Under the pieces are notes generated by a model that was not told the origin of the DNA, searched no databases, and worked only from the letters and a program-made list of their open reading frames with translations. Shown piece after piece: positions 60,344 through 64,000 of a stretch of DNA of 64,000 nucleotides. The position numbers were made by a program, and so were the translations under genes. Source of the DNA: an uncultured bacterium. GTDB taxonomy: Bacteria; Hydrothermota; UBA3073; NMUJ01. Where the stretch lies: assembly GCA_965612795.1 (NCBI GenBank), contig CBFDTI010000001.1:37895-101894 (forward strand). The letters run 5' to 3'. Numbering within the stretch: the stretch's first letter is position 1; each line of letters starts with the position of its first letter.

Positions 60344-61431
60344 TGGATAACATTATGCCCATACAGGAGCTGCTTAGATTAGCCGTAGAGCGAGGAGCTT
60401 CCGACCTTCACTTAAGTGTGGGCTATCCACCTATACTCAGAGTTAACGGCCTTTTGACTCCATTACCTATGCCACCTTATACCGATGAAATGCTAGAGAG
60501 GGAGATAATGTCTCTATTGACATCAGAACAACAACGTAAATTCAAAGCGAAAAAGGATCTAGATTTTGCATACATGATACCGAAATTGGCGCGTTTCCGC
60601 GTTAATGTATTCTATCAATTTGGTGGCATAGGGGCTGCGTTTAGAATTATTCCTAGCGAAATACGTACATTGGAGGATCTACCTGCACCCGAGGGGGTGA
60701 TCGAACTCACCAAGAAACGTCAAGGCTTAATACTTGTGACAGGTCCCACAGGTTGTGGTAAATCTACTACATTAGCTGCTATGATAGATAGGATCGACTC
60801 CGAACGTCATGCTCACATCATTACGATCGAAGATCCAATCGAATACATATTCAAAGGTAAAAACTGTCTCATCAACCAACGTGAGATAGGTACACATGCA
60901 ATTTCATTTGCTGATGCACTAAAAAGCGCTCTCAGGGAAGATCCTGACGTTATACTTGTAGGTGAGATGCGTGACCTTGAAACAATATCACTTGCATTAA
61001 CCGCAGCAGAAACCGGTCACCTTGTACTCTCCACCCTACATACGAACAATGTTGCCGAAACTGTGGATAGGGTGATAAATGTCTTTCCAGGTGATCAACA
61101 AAATTTCATTAGAAGCATTTTTGCCAATGTCATAGAGGGTATTATCTCACAAAGTCTTGTCATTAGTAAAGATGGCCAACGTAGGCTAGCTGTGATGGAA
61201 GTACTCATTGCCACACCTGCAATAAGAAACCTCATACGTGAGAACAAATCTTACCAGATACTTTCAACAGTACAGATGAGCACAAAGGAAAAAATGCAGA
61301 CCTTTGATCAAGCACTCATCGATTTATATAATAAGGGATTGATATCCTACGAAACAGTGTTGGAGAACGCACGTGATAAAACGTTTGTGACAGAATCACT
61401 CAAACCCAAAAACACGATATCCGTTAGGTGA
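60340..61431 (+). CDS. pilT: type IV pilus retraction ATPase
   Basis: ASDLHL, GPTGCGKSTT, TIEDPIE, ALREDPD, AETGHLV.STLHT and the PilT signature AIRNLIRE. Confidence 0.95.
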   Translation: MMDNIMPIQELLRLAVERGASDLHLSVGYPPILRVNGLLTPLPMPPYTDEMLEREIMSLLTSEQQRKFKAKKDLDFAYMIPKLARFRVNVFYQFGGIGAAFRIIPSEIRTLEDLPAPEGVIELTKKRQGLILVTGPTGCGKSTTLAAMIDRIDSERHAHIITIEDPIEYIFKGKNCLINQREIGTHAISFADALKSALREDPDVILVGEMRDLETISLALTAAETGHLVLSTLHTNNVAETVDRVINVFPGDQQNFIRSIFANVIEGIISQSLVISKDGQRRLAVMEVLIATPAIRNLIRENKSYQILSTVQMSTKEKMQTFDQALIDLYNKGLISYETVLENARDKTFVTESLKPKNTISVR

Positions 61432-61456
61432 CTCATTTATAATCCAGCTCAGTAAA

Positions 61457-61484
61457 TTGACGTCACCAAAAATTTGTTTATAAT
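61457..61484 (+). promoter_or_regulatory. putative ku promoter TTGACG-N16-TATAAT, 8 nt before the ATG
   Basis: Near-consensus elements; no Shine-Dalgarno sequence; overlaps an imperfect inverted repeat GGTGAC...GTCACC (61427-61467). Confidence 0.6.
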
Positions 61485-61492
61485 TATTTGAC

Positions 61493-62260
61493 ATGCGTCC
61501 TATATGGAAAGGAGCTATAACATTTGCACTCGTTAACATACCAGTTAAACTTTACACTGCTGTACATAGTCGTGCAATATCATTCAAAAGCCTATGCCCG
61601 GATTGCCATTCACCCTTAAGATACAAAAAGTGGTGTGATCACTGTAATAAAGAGATCCATAGGCCACTTAAGGGGTATGAAATATCTAAAGGTGAGTACG
61701 TTATCGTTGAAGATACTGATTTTGAGAGTGTAAAGATAAAGTCCACCCATATGATAGAAATTACGGAGTTTGTTCCACGTGAGTTGTTACCAATGATTTT
61801 CCACGAGAAGTCATTTTATATCGCACCTGATGAAGAATCTGCCAAGATTTATTCCGTATTTTATCATGCATTAAAAGAACTCGACCGCATAGCGATTGGT
61901 AGGTTCACTTTCCATAATCGTGAATACATAGTAGCTATAGAAGCTGGTGATAACTGCTTACACTTACATTTTGTGTATTACCCCATGGAGGTAAAGCCTT
62001 CCAAGGGCATTACGGAGGTTATATCACTACCGAGCCCAAATTCTGAGGAATTAGCGCTTGCAAGAGAGCTCATCAATCGACTTACCAAAGAAAAGCTCGA
62101 TCTTGCCAAATTCAAAGATCGCTACACAGATGGATTGCTAAAAATAATCAAAGCCAAAGCCAAGGGTGAACGTATCGAGGTTACCGAAAAAGCAGCGACC
62201 CAACCCACAGAAGCCAACCTCATGGATATACTGAAAGCATCGCTTAACCAGCTTAAATGA
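61493..62260 (+). CDS. ku: non-homologous end-joining protein Ku
   Basis: MRPIWKGAI.F.LVNIPVKLY.A, KGYE..KG.YV, I.I..FV, EL.LA..LI, F.D.Y, .LM..LKASL. Confidence 0.95.
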   Translation: MRPIWKGAITFALVNIPVKLYTAVHSRAISFKSLCPDCHSPLRYKKWCDHCNKEIHRPLKGYEISKGEYVIVEDTDFESVKIKSTHMIEITEFVPRELLPMIFHEKSFYIAPDEESAKIYSVFYHALKELDRIAIGRFTFHNREYIVAIEAGDNCLHLHFVYYPMEVKPSKGITEVISLPSPNSEELALARELINRLTKEKLDLAKFKDRYTDGLLKIIKAKAKGERIEVTEKAATQPTEANLMDILKASLNQLK

Positions 62261-63213
62261 TACCAACATTCCGCCCTATGTTATGTAGTGAAGGCAGCAC
62301 AGAGTTGTTAGAGAGTAACGACTATCTTTTTGAACCCAAACTCGACGGCATACGAACACTTATCGAAAAACATGGTACCTTAATTAATATAGTTAACCGC
62401 CGCGGTAAGATTGTAACATACAAGTATCCTGAGATTGCCAAGAATATTAACTTACATGCAGACACGGTCGTACTCGATGGTGAAATCGTAATCGTGGAGG
62501 GTGGCAGACCTAACTTCTATAGGATCGAAGAACGTGAACTTATCTCCGACCCCCTAAGAATAGAGGTATTATCGGAACTCCATCCAGCTACCTATTATGT
62601 GTTCGATATTCTTTATGTTAATGGTAAATCACTCCTACGTAAGCCGCTCGAGGAACGTAAGGAGTTGCTCAAAATCATCCTCCAACCCCACCCTCGTATT
62701 GACCTATGTCTATATACAGAGGATGGTAAAACTCTTTTCAATTCTATAAAATCGTCCAATCTTGAAGGTGTTATAGCCAAATTGAAAGGCAGTCCATACG
62801 AACCCGGTAAACGCTCACGGTACTGGTTAAAAATCAAGAATTATAAAACAATCGACGCCATCATTTGTGGTTATACGTATGGTAAAGGTATACGCAGCCA
62901 ATATTTTGGTGCACTTGTACTCGGCTTATATAAAGAAGGGAAGCTGGTGTATATTGGTAAAGTAGGTACTGGTTGGACTGAGCCTCAACTTAAACACTTA
63001 CTAGAAATTCTAAAAACGCTGCAGATAGATACACCCCATTTCGATATACCTTATGAAGTTACCTGGGTGCGTCCCTGTTTGGTTGCTGTGGTCCAGTTTA
63101 TCGAATGGACACAAGACCTACGTTTACGTAACCCCTCATTTAAACGCCTTCGGTTTGATAAATCACCAGAGGATTGTAAATTTAACGGAGTAACCACTAC
63201 GGTTAAAGGATAG
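62257..63213 (+). CDS. ATP-dependent DNA ligase (LigD ligase domain only)
   Basis: EPKLDGIR (motif I), LDGEIV, FDIL, EG..AK..S.Y..G.RS..W.K.K, G.VGTG, LR.P.F...R.DK; no polymerase or phosphoesterase domain. Confidence 0.93.
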   Translation: MIPTFRPMLCSEGSTELLESNDYLFEPKLDGIRTLIEKHGTLINIVNRRGKIVTYKYPEIAKNINLHADTVVLDGEIVIVEGGRPNFYRIEERELISDPLRIEVLSELHPATYYVFDILYVNGKSLLRKPLEERKELLKIILQPHPRIDLCLYTEDGKTLFNSIKSSNLEGVIAKLKGSPYEPGKRSRYWLKIKNYKTIDAIICGYTYGKGIRSQYFGALVLGLYKEGKLVYIGKVGTGWTEPQLKHLLEILKTLQIDTPHFDIPYEVTWVRPCLVAVVQFIEWTQDLRLRNPSFKRLRFDKSPEDCKFNGVTTTVKG

Positions 63214-64000
63214 TTTCTTCACGTCTACCACGGTATAGGTGCACTAGAGCCATCCCCAACGTAAAAACTATGCTCCCTATAGGCAATATATCACCATAAC
63301 GTGCGTAGAAGGTTTCTTCCTTTCTTATAGGCACATTCGCTACTATCACAGCTTCTGTGAACAATTCACTCTCATGAGGTACTTCACCGTTGGGTAACAC
63401 ATACATTGATATACCCGTGTTCGCACACCGGATCACAGGTATACGAAATTCTATCGCCCGTACAATCGGCATGGTAGCATGTTGATAAGGTCCCCACGAA
63501 CGGCCAAACCATGCATCTTCAGTTATATTTATAAGCAGATTGGCTCCATTCAACACAAACTTACGAACCAACCTTGGGAATATTGACTCGAAGCATATCA
63601 ATACAGCAATATTGTATCCATCTAAGTGAAATACTTTGAATTCCCTTCCTTTCGCGAAATTGCCTTGCCCAAACCTAAATATACGCTGTAAAATAGGAAA
63701 GTATTCATCGAACGGCAACTTCTCTGAGAATGGCACCAGATAAATTTTATCATAATAATCCATACCATTATTAGGGGCCAAGAATATAGCCGAGTTGTAC
63801 ACCTTACCATTATCTAGTCTCGTGGCCCCAAATATCAACGGCGTATTAATAGAATCGACAAACTCCACAATTTTGCGATAATAACTACTGTTAGTATCAA
63901 GTACAAACGGGAAAGCAGTTTCCGGCCACACGATAAGATCCACATTCAAGTCGTGACACATATTTTTAAGCTTATCGATACGTTCACTAAGCGGTAATCG
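63203..64000 (-). CDS. lnt: apolipoprotein N-acyltransferase (5' end outside the window)
   Basis: VWPET, YNS, YDK..LVPF.E, ICFES.F, N.T.D.WFG, RA.E, R.ANTGIS, TFY.RYG. Confidence 0.93.
   Translation of the reverse strand, partial: RLPLSERIDKLKNMCHDLNVDLIVWPETAFPFVLDTNSSYYRKIVEFVDSINTPLIFGATRLDNGKVYNSAIFLAPNNGMDYYDKIYLVPFSEKLPFDEYFPILQRIFRFGQGNFAKGREFKVFHLDGYNIAVLICFESIFPRLVRKFVLNGANLLINITEDAWFGRSWGPYQHATMPIVRAIEFRIPVIRCANTGISMYVLPNGEVPHESELFTEAVIVANVPIRKEETFYARYGDILPIGSIVFTLGMALVHLYRGRREETIL

Noticed and set aside
1..64000. CRISPR arrays, transposases, prophage, toxin-antitoxin or restriction systems, riboswitches
   Set aside because: No regularly spaced repeats or diagnostic motifs seen; intergenic gaps are short and mostly explained by promoters or small ORFs. 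A covariance-model search was not possible.
1..64000. Frequent CACGTG/ACGT/GTAC palindromes as a dispersed repeat or uptake sequence
   Set aside because: Explained by codon preference (GCA/ACA/TTA followed by CGT; GTA-C); no extended conserved flanks; not quantified

Overview
Gene-dense, roughly 40% GC (estimated by eye) bacterial chromosomal window with no IS elements, prophage or CRISPR array visible. Gene content suggests a diderm, probably anaerobic and thermophilic member of the FCB-related candidate phyla (WOR-3-like; inference only). Markers are GWxTD and PorV/PorZ-like proteins, the rpoZ-coaBC-udg-dnaB order, TrmI, FBP aldolase/phosphatase, 2-oxoacid:ferredoxin oxidoreductase subunits and butyrate kinase. 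Bases 1-34.7 kb are mostly minus-strand housekeeping genes: leuS, panC, folK, efp, dnaB, coaBC, gcvT, sucC, folE2/queD and thrS-infC-rpmI-rplT, plus RNase P RNA and tRNA-Val/tRNA-Gly. Bases 34.8-63.2 kb are mostly plus strand: a glycosidase, rsmA, tal, purB, a DGGGP-synthase-like UbiA protein, then an approximately 18 kb locus. That locus runs pilD, a PAS-GAF protein with a His-less DHp-like tail, a 7-PAS histidine kinase, a single-domain response regulator, and a hybrid type IV pilus/T2SS-like machine (GspG-like pseudopilins, fused PilM-PilN, PilQ, PilT), directly followed by Ku and a stand-alone ATP-dependent DNA ligase. The most notable oddities are an RNase HIII-HIT hydrolase fusion, a LeuRS lacking both KMSKS lysines, coaBC broken at an A9 run, an RNase P RNA without P18, several unannotated small membrane ORFs, and a recurrent TTGACA-N15/16-TAnnTT promoter architecture often sitting almost directly on start codons. 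All product calls come from motif recognition; no database search was run.
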